Shown in pieces: positions 11,701 through 26,000 of a DNA stretch of 64,000 nucleotides (the stretch's first letter is position 1; the number at the start of each line of letters is the position of its first letter). The position numbers and the translations under genes were made by a program. Source of the stretch: Azolla caroliniana. Its lineage: Eukaryota > Plantae > Polypodiophyta. Below the pieces are notes generated by a model. It saw only the letters and a list, made by a program, of their open reading frames with translations. It did no database searches and was not told where the DNA came from. Location: assembly GCA_043228905.1 (NCBI GenBank), contig JBHGNT010000033.1, positions 124,001 through 188,000 on the forward strand, written 5' to 3'.

Positions 11701-13964
11701 CGAGAGACATGAAGAAATTAGCAAATTTGAGGAGGGACTTGAGAAGAGCTCGTGAGTCAATTATAATGTTCATACCTGGCTCGTGTGCTATAGGATTTTT
11801 GTGTTCAAACATGCGTATCGAAGCTAACAATGCTAGCTATGATATGGAATTAAAATATAAAGATTTTGAAAAATCAGGTCGACAGACATGAAGAAATTAG
11901 CATATTTGAGGAGGTAGTGGAGAAGAGCCCGTTAGGAAATAAAAATGTTCATACCTGGCTCGTGTGATATCGGATTTTTGTGTTCAAACATGCGTATCGA
12001 AGCTAACAACGCTAGCTATGATAAGGAATTAAAATATAAAGAAATCAGGTCGAGAGACATGAAGAAATTAGCAAATTTGAGGAGGTACTTGAGAAGAGCT
12101 CGTGAGTCAATTATAATGTTCATACCTGGCTCGTGTGCTATCGGATTTTTGTGTTCAAACATGCGTATGGAAGCTCACAACGGTAGCTATGATATAGAAT
12201 TAAAAAATCGAGATTTTGAAACTCAGGTCGAGAGACATGAAGAAATTAGCAAATTTTAGGAGGTAATTGAGAAGAGCCCGTGAGTCAATTCTAATGTTCA
12301 TACCTGGCTCGTGTGATATCGGATTTTTGTGTTCAAACATGCGTATCGAAGCAAACAACGCTAGCTATGATATAGAATTAAAAAATCAAGATTTTGAAAC
12401 TCAGGTCCAGAGACATGAAGAAATTAGCAAATTTGAGGAGGGATTTTAGAAGAGCCCGTGACTAAATTAAAATGTTCATACCCGGTTCGTGTGATATCGG
12501 ATTTTTGTGTTCAAACATGAGTACTGAAGCTAACAACGCTAGCTATGATATAGAATTAAAAAATCGAGATTTTGAAACTCAGGTCGAGAGACATGAAGAA
12601 ATTAGCAAATTTGAGGAGGGACTTTAGAAGAGCGCGTGAGTAAATTAAAATGTTCATACCTGGCTCGTGTGATATCGGATTTTTGTGTTCAAACATGAGT
12701 ACTGAAGCTAACAACGCTAGCTATGATATAGAATTAAAAAATCGAGATTTTGAAACTCAGGTCGAGAGACATGAAGAAATTAGCAAATTTGAGGAAGGAC
12801 TTTAGAAGAGCGCGTGAGTAAATTAAAATGTTCATACCTGGCTTGTGTGATATCGGATTTTTGTGTTCAAACATGCGTATCGAAGCTAACAACGCTAGCT
12901 ATGATATAGAATTAAAAAATCGAGATTTTGAAACTCAGATCGAGAGACATGAAGAAATTAGCAAATTTGAGGAGGTACTTGAGAAGAGCCCGTGAGTGAA
13001 TTATAATGTTCATACCTGGCCGTTGTGATATCGGATTTTTGTGTTCAAACATGAGTACTGAAGCTAACAACGCTAGCTATGATATAGAATTAAAAAATCG
13101 AGATTTTAAAACTCAGGTCGAAAGACATGAAGAAATTAGCAAATATGAGGAGGTACTTGAGAAGAGCTCGTGAGTCAATTATAATGTTCATACCTGGCTC
13201 GTGTGCTATCGGATTTTTGTGTTCAAACATGCATATCGAAGCTAACAATGCTAGCTATGATATAGAATTAAAAAATCGAGATTTTGAAACTCAGGTCGAG
13301 AGACATGAAGAAATTAGCAAATTTGAGGAGGTACTTGAGAAGAGCTCGTGAGTCAATTATAATGTTCATACCTGGCTTGTGTGCTATCGGATTTTTGTGT
13401 TCAAACATGCGTATGGAAGCTCACAACGGTAGCTATGATATAGAATTAAAAAATCGAGATTTTGAAACTCAGGTCGAGAGACATGAAGAAATTAGCAAAT
13501 TTTAGGAGGTAATTGAGAAGAGCCCGTGAGTCAATTCTAATGTTCATACCTGGCTCGTGTGATATCGGATTTTTGTGTTCAAACATGCGTATCGAAGCAA
13601 ACAACGCTAGCTACGATATAGAATTAAAAAATCAGGTCGAGAGACATGAAGAAATTAGCAAATTTGAGGAGGGATTTTAGAAGAGCCCGTGACTAAATTA
13701 AAAAGTTCATACCCGGCTCGTGTGATATCGGATTTTTGTGTTCAAACATGAGTACTGAAGCTAACAACGCTAGCTATGATATAGAATTAAAAAATCGAGA
13801 TTTTGAAACTCAGGTCGAGAGACATGAAGAAATTTGCAAATTTGAGGAGGGACTTTAGAAGAGCGCGTGAGTAAATTAAAATGTTCATACCTGGCTCGTG
13901 TGATATCGGATTTTTGTGTTCAAACATGAGTACTGAAGCTAACAACGCTAGCTATGATATAGAA

Positions 13965-16900
13965 TTAAAAAATCATGATTTTGAAACTCAGGTCGAGAGA
14001 CATGAAGAAATTAGCAAATTTGAGGAGGGACTTTAGATGAGCGCGTGAGTAAATTAAAATGTTCATACCTGGCTCGTGTGATATCGGATTTTTGTGTTCA
14101 AATATGAGTATGGAAGCTAACAACGCTAGTTATGATATAGAATTAAAAAATCGAGATTTTGAAACACAGGTCGAGAGACATGAAGAAATTAGCAAATTTG
14201 AGGAGGGACTTTAGAAGAGCCCGTGACTAAATTAAAATGTTGATACCTGGCTCGTGTGCTATCGGATTTTTGTGTTCAAACATGCGTATCCAAGCTAACA
14301 ATGCTAGCCATGATATGGAATTAAAAAATCGAGATTTTGAAACTCAGGTCGAGAGACATGAAGAAATTAGCAAATTTGAGGAGGTAGTGGAGAAGAGCCC
14401 GTGAGTCAATTATAATGTTCATACCTGGCTCGTGTGATATCAGATTTTTGTGTTCAAACATGCGTATCGAAGCTAACAACGCTAGCTATGATATAGAATT
14501 AAAAAATCGAGATTTTGAAACTCAGGTCGAGAGACATGAAGGAATTAGCAAATTTGAGGAGGGACTTGAGAAGAGCTCGTGAGTCAATTATAATGTTCAT
14601 ACCTGGCTCGTGTGCTATAGGATTTTTGTGTTCAAACATGCGTATCGAAGCTAACAACGCTAGCTATGATATGGAATTAAAATATAAAGATTTTGAAAAA
14701 TCAGGTCGACAGACATGAAGAAATTAGCATATTTGAGGAGGTAGTGGAGAAGAGCCCGTTAGGAAATAAAAATGTTCATACCTGGCTCGTGTGATATCGG
14801 ATTTTTGTGTTCAAACATGCGTATCGAAGCTAACAACGCTAGCTATGATAAGGAATTAAAATATAAAGAAATCAGGTCGAGAGACATGAAGAAATTAGCA
14901 AATTTGAGGAGGTACTTGAGAAGAGCTCGTGAGTCAATTATAATGTACATACCGGGCTCGTGTGATATCGGATTTTTGTTTTCAAACATGCGTGTCGAAG
15001 CTCACAACGCTAGCTACGATATAGAATTAAAAAATCGAGATTTTGAAACTCAGGTCGAGAGACATGAAGAAATTAGCAAACTTGAGGAGGTACTTGAGAA
15101 GATCTCGTGAGTCAATTATAATGTTTATACCTGGCTCGTGTGATATCGGATTTTTGTGTTCAAACATGCGTATCGAAGCTAACAACGCTAGCTATGATAT
15201 AGAATTAAAGAATTGAGATTTTGAAACTCAGGTCGAGAGACATGAAGAAATTAGCAAATTTGAGGAGGGATTTTAGAAGAGCCCGTGACTAAATTAAAAT
15301 GTTCATACCTGGCTCGTGTGATATCGGATTTTTGTGTTCAAACATGCGTATCGAAGCTAACAATGCTAGCTATGATATTGAATTAAAAAATCAAGATTTC
15401 GAAACTCAGGTACAGAGACATGAAGAAATTAGCAAATTTGAGGATGGACTTTAGAAGAGCGCGTGAGTCAATTATAATGTTCATACCTGGCTCGTGTGCT
15501 ATCGGATTTTTGTGTTCAAACATGTGTATGGAAGCTCACAACGCTAGCTATGATATAGAATTAAAAAATCGAGATTTTGAAACTCAGGTCGAGAGACATG
15601 AAGAAATTAGCAAATTTGAGGAGGTACTTGAGAAGAGCCCGTGAGTCAATTATAATGTTCATACCTGGCTCGTGTGATATCGGATTTTTGTGTTCAAACA
15701 TGAGTATGGAAGCTCACAACGCTAGTTATGATATAGAATTAAAAAATCGAGATTTTGAAACTCAGGTCGAGAGACGTGAAGAAATTAGCACATTTTAGGA
15801 GGTAATTGAGAAGAGCTCCTGAGTCAATTATAATGTTTATACCTGGCTCGTGTGATATCGGATTTTTGTGTTCAAACATGCGTATCGAAGCTAACAACGC
15901 TAGCTATGATATAGAATTAAAAAATCAAGATTTTGAAACTCAGGTCGAGAGACATGAAGAAATTAGCAAATTTGAGGAGGGATTTTAGAAGAGCCCGTGA
16001 CTAAATTAAAAAGTTCATACCCGGCTCGTGTGATATCGGATTTTTGTGTTCAAACATGAGTACTGAAGCTAACAACGCTAGCTATGATATAGAATTAAAA
16101 AATCGAGATTTTGAAACTCAGGTCGAGAGACATGAAGAAATTAGCAAATTTGAGGAGGGAGTTTAGAAGAGTGCGTGAGTAAATTAAAATGTTCATACCT
16201 GGCTCGTGTGATATCGGATTTTTGTGTTCAAACATGCGTATCGAAGCAAACAACGCTAGCTATGATATAGAATTAAAAAATCAGGTCGAGAGACATGAAG
16301 AAATTAGCAAATTTGAGGAGGGATTTTAGAAGAGCCCGTGACTAAATTAAAATGTTCATACCCGGCTCGTGTGATATCGGATTTTTGTGTTCAAACATGA
16401 GTACTGAAGCTAACAACGCTAGCTATGATATAGAATTAAAAAATCGAGATTTTGAAACTCAGGTCGAGAGACATGAAGAAATTAGCAAATTTGAGGAGGG
16501 ACTTTAGAAGAGCGCGTGAGTAAATTAAAATGTTCATACCTGGCTCGTGTGATATCGGATTTTTGTGTTCAAACATGAGTACTGAAGCTAACAACGCTAG
16601 CTATGATATAGAATTAAAAAATCGAGATTTTGAAACTCAGGTCGAGAGACATGAAGAAATTAGCAAATTTGAGGAGGTACTTGAGAAGAGCCCGTGAGTC
16701 AATTATAATGTTCATACCTGGCTCATGTGATATCGGATTTTTGTGTTCAAACATGAGTATGGAAGCTCACAACGCTAGTTATGATATAGAATTAAAAAAT
16801 CGAGATTTTGAAACACAGGTCGAGAGACATGAAGAAATTGGCAAATTTGAGGAGGGACTTTAGAAGAGCCCGTGACTAAATTAAAATGTTGATACCTGGC

Positions 16901-19900
16901 TCGTGTGCTATCGGATTTTTGTGTTCAAACATGCGTATCCAAGCTAACAACGCTAGCTATGATATGGAATTAAAAAATCGAGATTTTGAAACTCAGGTCG
17001 AGAGACATGAAGAAATTAGCAAATTTGAGGAGACATGAAGAAATTAGCAAATTTGAGGAGGTACTTGAGAAGAGCCCGTGAGTCAATTATAATGTTCATA
17101 CCTGGCTCGTGTGCTATCGGATTTTTGTGTTCAAACATGCATATCGAAGCTAACAACGCTAGCTATGATATAGAATTAAAAAATCGAGATTTTGAAACTC
17201 AGGTCGAGAGACATGAAGAAATTAGCAAATTTGAGGAGGTACTTGAGAAGAGCTCGTGAGTCAATTATAATGTTCATACCTGGCTCGTGTGCTATCGGAT
17301 TTTTGTGTTCAAACATGCGTATCGAAGCTCACAACGGTAGCTATGATATAGAATTAAAAAATCGAGATTTTGAAACTCAGGTCGAGAGACATGAAGAAAT
17401 TAGCAAATTTTAGGAGGTAATTGAGAAGAGCCCGTGAGTCAATTCTAATGTTCATACCTGGCTCGTGTGATATCGGATTTTTGTGTTCAAACATGCGTAT
17501 CGAAGCAAACAACGCTAGCTATGATATAGAATTAAAAAATCAGGTCGAGAGACATGAAGAAATTAGCAAATTTGAGGAGGGATTTTAGAAGAGCCCGTGA
17601 CTAAATTAAAAAGTTCATACCCGGCTCGTGTGATATCGGATTTTTGTGTTCAAACATGAGTACTGAAGCTAACAACGCTAGCTATGATATAGAATTAAAA
17701 AATCGAGATTTTGAAACTCAGGTCGAGAGACATGAAGAAATTAGCAAATTTGAGGAGGGAGTTTAGAAGAGCGCGTGAGTAAATTAAAATGTTCATACCT
17801 GGCTCGTGTGATATCGGATTTTTGTGTTCAAACATGCGTATCGAAGCAAACAACGCTAGCTATGATATAGAATTAAAAAATCAGGTCGAGAGACATGAAG
17901 AAATTAGCAAATTTGAGGAGGGATTTTAGAAGAGCCCGTGACTAAATTAAAATGTTCATACCCGGCTCGTGTGATATCGGATTTTTGTGTTCAAACATGA
18001 GTACTGAAGCTAACAACGCTAGCTATGATATAGAATTAAAAAATCGATATTTCGAAACTCAGGTCGAGAGACATGAAGAAATTAGCAAATTTGAGGAGGG
18101 ACTTTAGAAGAGCGCGTGAGTAAATTAAAATGTTCATACCTGGCTCGTGTGATATCGGATTTTTGTGTTCAAACATGAGTACTGAAGCTAACAACGATAG
18201 CTATGATATGGAATTAAAAAATCATGATTTTGAAACTCAGGTCGAGAGACATGAAGAAATTAGCAAATTTGAGGAGGGACTTTAGATGAGCGCGTGAGTA
18301 AATTAAAATGTTCATACCTGGCTCGTGTGATATCGGATTTTTGTGTTCAAATATGAGTATGGAAGCTAACAACGCTAGTTATGATATAGAATTAAAAAAT
18401 CGAGATTTTGAAACACAGGTCGAGAGACATGAAGAAATTAGCAAATTTGAGGAGGGACTTTAGAAGAGCCCGTGACTAAATTAAAATGTTGATACCTGGC
18501 TCGTGTGCTATCGGATTTTTGTGTTCAAACATGCGTATCCAAGCTAACAATGCTAGCCATGATATGGAATTAAAAAATCGAGATTTTGAAACTCAGGTCG
18601 AGAGACATGAAGAAATTAGCAAATTTGAGGAGGTAGTGGAGAAGAGCCCGTGAGTCAATTATAATGTTCATACCTGGCTCGTGTGATATCAGATTTTTGT
18701 GTTCAAACATGCGTATCGAAGCTAACAACGCTAGCTATGATATAGAATTAAAAAATCGAGATTTTGAAACTCAGGTCGAGAGACATGAAGGAATTAGCAA
18801 ATTTGAGGAGGGACTTGAGAAGAGCTCGTGAGTCAATTATAATGTTCATACCTGGCTCGTGTGCTATAGGATTTTTGTGTTCAAACATGCGTATCGAAGC
18901 TAACAACGCTAGCTATGATATGGAATTAAAATATAAAGATTTTGAAAAATCAGGTCGACAGACATGAAGAAATTAGCATATTTGAGGAGGTAGTGGAGAA
19001 GAGCCCGTTAGGAAATAAAAATGTTCATACCTGGCTCGTGTGATATCGGATTTTTGTGTTCAAACATGCGTATCGAAGCTAACAACGCTAGCTATGATAA
19101 GGAATTAAAATATAAAGAAATCAGGTCGAGAGACATGAAGAAATTAGCAAATTTGAGGAGGTACTTGAGAAGAGCTCGTGAGTCAATTATAATGTACATA
19201 CCGGGCTCGTGTGATATCGGATTTTTGTTTTCAAACATGCGTGTCGAAGCTCACAACGCTAGCTACGATATAGAATTAAAAAATCGAGATTTTGAAACTC
19301 AGGTCGAGAGACATGAAGAAATTAGCAAACTTGAGGAGGTACTTGAGAAGATCTCGTGAGTCAATTATAATGTTTATACCTGGCTCGTGTGATATCGGAT
19401 TTTTGTGTTCAAACATGCGTATCGAAGCTAACAACGCTAGCTATGATATAGAATTAAAGAATTGAGATTTTGAAACTCAGGTCGAGAGACATGAAGAAAT
19501 TAGCAAATTTGAGGAGGGATTTTAGAAGAGCCCGTGACTAAATTAAAATGTTCATACCTGGCTCGTGTGATATCGGATTTTTGTGTTCAAACATGCGTAT
19601 CGAAGCTAACAATGCTAGCTATGATATTGAATTAAAAAATCAAGATTTCGAAACTCAGGTACAGAGACATGAAGAAATTAGCAAATTTGAGGATGGACTT
19701 TAGAAGAGCGCGTGAGTCAATTATAATGTTCATACCTGGCTCGTGTGCTATCGGATTTTTGTGTTCAAACATGTGTATGGAAGCTCACAACGCTAGCTAT
19801 GATATAGAATTAAAAAATCGAGATTTTGAAACTCAGGTCGAGAGACATGAAGAAATTAGCAAATTTGAGGAGGTACTTGAGAAGAGCCCGTGAGTCAATT

Positions 19901-22470
19901 ATAATGTTCATACCTGGCTCGTGTGATATCGGATTTTTGTGTTCAAACATGAGTATGGAAGCTCACAACGCTAGTTATGATATAGAATTAAAAAATCGAG
20001 ATTTTGAAACTCAGGTCGAGAGACGTGAAGAAATTAGCACATTTTAGGAGGTAATTGAGAAGAGCTCCTGAGTCAATTATAATGTTTATACCTGGCTCGT
20101 GTGATATCGGATTTTTGTGTTCAAACATGCGTATCGAAGCTAACAACGCTAGCTATGATATAGAATTAAAAAATCAAGATTTTGAAACTCAGGTCGAGAG
20201 ACATGAAGAAATTAGCAAATTTGAGGAGGGATTTTAGAAGAGCCCGTGACTAAATTAAAAAGTTCATACCCGGCTCGTGTGATATCGGATTTTTGTGTTC
20301 AAACATGAGTACTGAAGCTAACAACGCTAGCTATGATATAGAATTAAAAAATCGAGATTTTGAAACTCAGGTCGAGAGACATGAAGAAATTAGCAAATTT
20401 GAGGAGGGAGTTTAGAAGAGTGCGTGAGTAAATTAAAATGTTCATACCTGGCTCGTGTGATATCGGATTTTTGTGTTCAAACATGCGTATCGAAGCAAAC
20501 AACGCTAGCTATGATATAGAATTAAAAAATCAGGTCGAGAGACATGAAGAAATTAGCAAATTTGAGGAGGGATTTTAGAAGAGCCCGTGACTAAATTAAA
20601 ATGTTCATACCCGGCTCGTGTGATATCGGATTTTTGTGTTCAAACATGAGTACTGAAGCTAACAACGCTAGCTATGATATAGAATTAAAAAATCGAGATT
20701 TTGAAACTCAGGTCGAGAGACATGAAGAAATTAGCAAATTTGAGGAGGGACTTTAGAAGAGCGCGTGAGTAAATTAAAATGTTCATACCTGGCTCGTGTG
20801 ATATCGGATTTTTGTGTTCAAACATGAGTACTGAAGCTAACAACGCTAGCTATGATATAGAATTAAAAAATCGAGATTTTGAAACTCAGGTCGAGAGACA
20901 TGAAGAAATTAGCAAATTTGAGGAGGTACTTGAGAAGAGCCCGTGAGTCAATTATAATGTTCATACCTGGCTCATGTGATATCGGATTTTTGTGTTCAAA
21001 CATGAGTATGGAAGCTCACAACGCTAGTTATGATATAGAATTAAAAAATCGAGATTTTGAAACACAGGTCGAGAGACATGAAGAAATTGGCAAATTTGAG
21101 GAGGGACTTTAGAAGAGCCCGTGACTAAATTAAAATGTTGATACCTGGCTCGTGTGCTATCGGATTTTTGTGTTCAAACATGCGTATCCAAGCTAACAAC
21201 GCTAGCTATGATATGGAATTAAAAAATCGAGATTTTGAAACTCAGGTCGAGAGACATGAAGAAATTAGCAAATTTGAGGAGACATGAAGAAATTAGCAAA
21301 TTTGAGGAGGTACTTGAGAAGAGCCCGTGAGTCAATTATAATGTTCATACCTGGCTCGTGTGCTATCGGATTTTTGTGTTCAAACATGCATATCGAAGCT
21401 AACAACGCTAGCTATGATATAGAATTAAAAAATCGAGATTTTGAAACTCAGGTCGAGAGACATGAAGAAATTAGCAAATTTGAGGAGGTACTTGAGAAGA
21501 GCTCGTGAGTCAATTATAATGTTCATACCTGGCTCGTGTGCTATCGGATTTTTGTGTTCAAACATGCGTATCGAAGCTCACAACGGTAGCTATGATATAG
21601 AATTAAAAAATCGAGATTTTGAAACTCAGGTCGAGAGACATGAAGAAATTAGCAAATTTTAGGAGGTAATTGAGAAGAGCCCGTGAGTCAATTCTAATGT
21701 TCATACCTGGCTCGTGTGATATCGGATTTTTGTGTTCAAACATGCGTATCGAAGCAAACAACGCTAGCTATGATATAGAATTAAAAAATCAGGTCGAGAG
21801 ACATGAAGAAATTAGCAAATTTGAGGAGGGATTTTAGAAGAGCCCGTGACTAAATTAAAAAGTTCATACCCGGCTCGTGTGATATCGGATTTTTGTGTTC
21901 AAACATGAGTACTGAAGCTAACAACGCTAGCTATGATATAGAATTAAAAAATCGAGATTTTGAAACTCAGGTCGAGAGACATGAAGAAATTAGCAAATTT
22001 GAGGAGGGAGTTTAGAAGAGCGCGTGAGTAAATTAAAATGTTCATACCTGGCTCGTGTGATATCGGATTTTTGTGTTCAAACATGCGTATCGAAGCAAAC
22101 AACGCTAGCTATGATATAGAATTAAAAAATCAGGTCGAGAGACATGAAGAAATTAGCAAATTTGAGGAGGGATTTTAGAAGAGCCCGTGACTAAATTAAA
22201 ATGTTCATACCCGGCTCGTGTGATATCGGATTTTTGTGTTCAAACATGAGTACTGAAGCTAACAACGCTAGCTATGATATAGAATTAAAAAATCGATATT
22301 TCGAAACTCAGGTCGAGAGACATGAAGAAATTAGCAAATTTGAGGAGGGACTTTAGAAGAGCGCGTGAGTAAATTAAAATGTTCATACCTGGCTCGTGTG
22401 ATATCGGATTTTTGTGTTCAAACATGAGTACTGAAGCTAACAACGATAGCTATGATATGGAATTAAAAAA
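13965..22470. repeat. 24-monomer tandem duplication, period 4249 bp, 2 copies
   Basis: Matching ORFs lie at 14515/18764, 15806/20055, 16630/20879 and 17192/21441. The private variant CAACGATAGCTATGATATGG is at about 18192 and 22441. Arithmetic: 24x178 -45 +28 -7 +1 = 4249. Confidence 0.93.
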
Positions 22471-23094
22471 TCGAGATTTTGAAACTCAGGTCGAGAGACA
22501 TGAAGAAATTAGCAAATTTGAGGAGACATGAAGAAATTAGCAAATATGAGGAGGTACTTGAGAAGAGCTCGTGAGTCAATTATGATGTTCATACCTGGCT
22601 CGTGTGCTATCGGATTTTTGTGTTCAAACATGCATATCGAAGCTAACAACGCTAGCTATGATAAAGATTTAAAAAATCGAGATTTTGAAACTCAGGTCGA
22701 GAGACATGAAGAAACTAGCAAATTTGAGGAGGTACTTGAGAAGAGCTCGTGAGTCAATTATAATGTTCATACTTGCCTCGTGTGATATCGGATTTTTGTG
22801 TTCAAATATGCGTATCGAAGCTAACAACGCTAGCGATGATATAGAATTAAAAAATCAAGTTTTTGAAACTCAGGTCGAGAGACATGAAGAAATTAGCAAA
22901 TTTGAGGAGGTATGAAGAAATTAGCAAATTTGAGGAGGTATCCAAGCTAACAACGCAAGCTATGATATGGAATTAAAAAATCGAGATTTTGAAACTCAGG
23001 TCGAGAGACATGAAGAAATTAGCAAATTTGAGGAGACATGAAGAAATTAGCAAATTTGAGGAGGTACTTGAGAAGAGCCCGTGAGTGAATTATA

Positions 23095-26000
23095 ATGTTC
23101 ATACCTGGCTCGTGTGATATCGGATTTTTGTGTTCAAACATGCGTATCGAAGCTAACAACGCTAGCTATGATATAGAATTAAAAAATTGAGATTTTGAAA
23201 CTCAGGTCGAGAGACTTGAAGAAATTAGCAAATTTGAGGAGGGATTTTAGAAGAGCCCGTGACTAAATTAAAATGTTCATACCTGGCTCGTGTGATATCG
23301 GATTTTTGTGTTCAAACATGCGTATCGAAGCTAACAACGCTAGCTATGATATTGAATTTAAAAATCAAGATTTTGAAACTCAGGTCGAGAGACATGAAGA
23401 AATTAACCAATTTGAGGAGGTACTTGAGAAGAGCCCGTGAGTCAATTATAATGTTCATACCTGGCTCGTGTGATATCGGATTTTTGTGTTCAAACATGCG
23501 TATGGAAGCTAACAACGCTAGCTATGATATAGAATTAAAAAATCGAGATTTTGAAACTCAGGTCGAGAGACATGAAGAAATTAGCAAATTTGAGGAGGGA
23601 CTTGAGAAGAGCGCGTGAGTCAATTAAAATGTTCATACCTGGCTCGTGTGATATCGCATTTTCGTGTTCAAACATGCGTATCGAAGCTTAGAACGCTAGC
23701 TATGATATCGAATTAAAAAATCGAGATTTTGAAACACAGGTCGAGAGATATGAAGAAATTAGCAAATTTGAGGAGGGACTTGAGAAGAGCGCGTGAGTCA
23801 ATTATAATGTTCATACCTGGCTCGTGTGATATCGGATTTTTGTGTTTAAACATGCGTATGGAAGCTAACAACGCTAGCTATGTTATGGAATTAAAAAATC
23901 AAGATTTCGAAATTTAGGTCCAGAGACATGAAGAAATTAGCAAATTTGAGGAGGGACTTAAGAAGAGCCCTTGAGTCAATTAAAATCGTCATACCTAGCT
24001 CGTGTGATATCGAATTTTTGTGTTCAGACATGCGTATCGAAGCTAACAACGCTAGCTATGATATTGAATTAAAAAATCAAGATTTTGATACTCAGGTCTA
24101 GAGACATGAAAAAATTAACAAATTTGAGGAGGGACTGAAGAAGAGCCCGTGAGTCAATTAAAATGTTCATAGCTAAGAAGAGCCCGTATCGAGGCTAACA
24201 ACGCTAGCTATGATATGGAATTTAAAAAACAAGTTTTTGGAACTCAGGTCGAGAGACATGAAGAAATTAGCAAATTTGAGGAGGTACTTGAGAAGAGCCC
24301 GTGAGTCAATTATAATGTTCATACCTGGCTCGTGTGATATCGGATTTTTGTGTTCAAACATGAGTATGGAAGCTAACAACGCTAGTTATGATATAGAATT
24401 AAAAAATCGAGATTTTGAAACACAGGTCGAGAGATATGAAGAAATTAGCAAATTTGAGGAGGGACTTTAGAAGAGCCCGTGACTAAATTAAAATGTTGAT
24501 ACCTGGCTCGTGTGCTATCGGATTTTTGTGTTCAAACATGCGTATCCAAGCTAACAATGCTAGCCATGATATGGAATTAAAAAATCGAGATTTTGAAACT
24601 CAGGTCGAGAGACATGAAGAAATTAGCAAATTTGAGGAGGTAGTGGAGAAGAGCCCGTGAGTCAATTATAATGTTCATACCTGGCTCGTGTGATATCAGA
24701 TTTTTGTGTTCAAACATGCGTATCGAACCTAACAACGCTAGCTATGATATAGAATTAAAAAATCGAGATTTTGAAACTCAGGTCGAGAGACATGAAGAAA
24801 TTAGCAAATTTGAGGAGGGACTTGAGAAGAGCTCGTGAGTCAATTATAATGTTCATACCTGGCTCGTGTGCTATAGGATTTTTGTGTTCAAACATGCGTA
24901 TCGAAGCTAACAATGCTAGCTATGATATGGAATTAAAATATAAAGATTTTGAAAAATCAGGTCGACAGACATGAAGAAATTAGCATATTTGAGGAGGTAG
25001 TGGAGAAGAGCCCGTTAGGAAATAAAAATGTTCATACCTGGCTCGTGTGATATCGGATTTTTGTGTTCAAACATGCGTATCGAAGCTAACAACGCTAGCT
25101 ATGATAAGGAATTAAAATATAAAGAAATCAGGTCGAGAGACATGAAGAAATTAGCAAATTTGAGGAGGTACTTGAGAAGAGCTCGTGAGTCAATTATAAT
25201 GTTCATACCTGGCTCGTGTGCTATCGGATTTTTGTGTTCAAACATGCGTATGGAAGCTCACAACGGTAGCTATGATATAGAATTAAAAAATCGAGATTTT
25301 GAAACTCAGGTCGAGAGACATGAAGAAATTAGCAAATTTTAGGAGGTAATTGAGAAGAGCCCGTGAGTCAATTCTAATGTTCATACCTGGCTCGTGTGAT
25401 ATCGGATTTTTGTGTTCAAACATGCGTATCGAAGCAAACAACGCTAGCTATGATATAGAATTAAAAAATCAAGATTTTGAAACTCAGGTCCAGAGACATG
25501 AAGAAATTAGCAAATTTGAGGAGGGATTTTAGAAGAGCCCGTGACTAAATTAAAATGTTCATACCCGGTTCGTGTGATATCGGATTTTTGTGTTCAAACA
25601 TGAGTACTGAAGCTAACAACGCTAGCTATGATATAGAATTAAAAAATCGAGATTTTGAAACTCAGGTCGAGAGACATGAAGAAATTAGCAAATTTGAGGA
25701 GGGACTTTAGAAGAGCGCGTGAGTAAATTAAAATGTTCATACCTGGCTCGTGTGATATCGGATTTTTGTGTTCAAACATGCGTATCGAAGCTAACAACGC
25801 TAGCTATGATATAGAATTAAAAAATTGAGATTTTGAAACTCAGGTCGAGAGACTTGAAGAAATTAGCAAATTTGAGGAGGGATTTTAGAAGAGCCCGTGA
25901 CTAAATTAAAATGTTCATACCTGGCTCGTGTGATATCGGATTTTTGTGTTCAAACATGCGTATCGAAGCTAACAACGCTAGCTATGATATTGAATTTAAA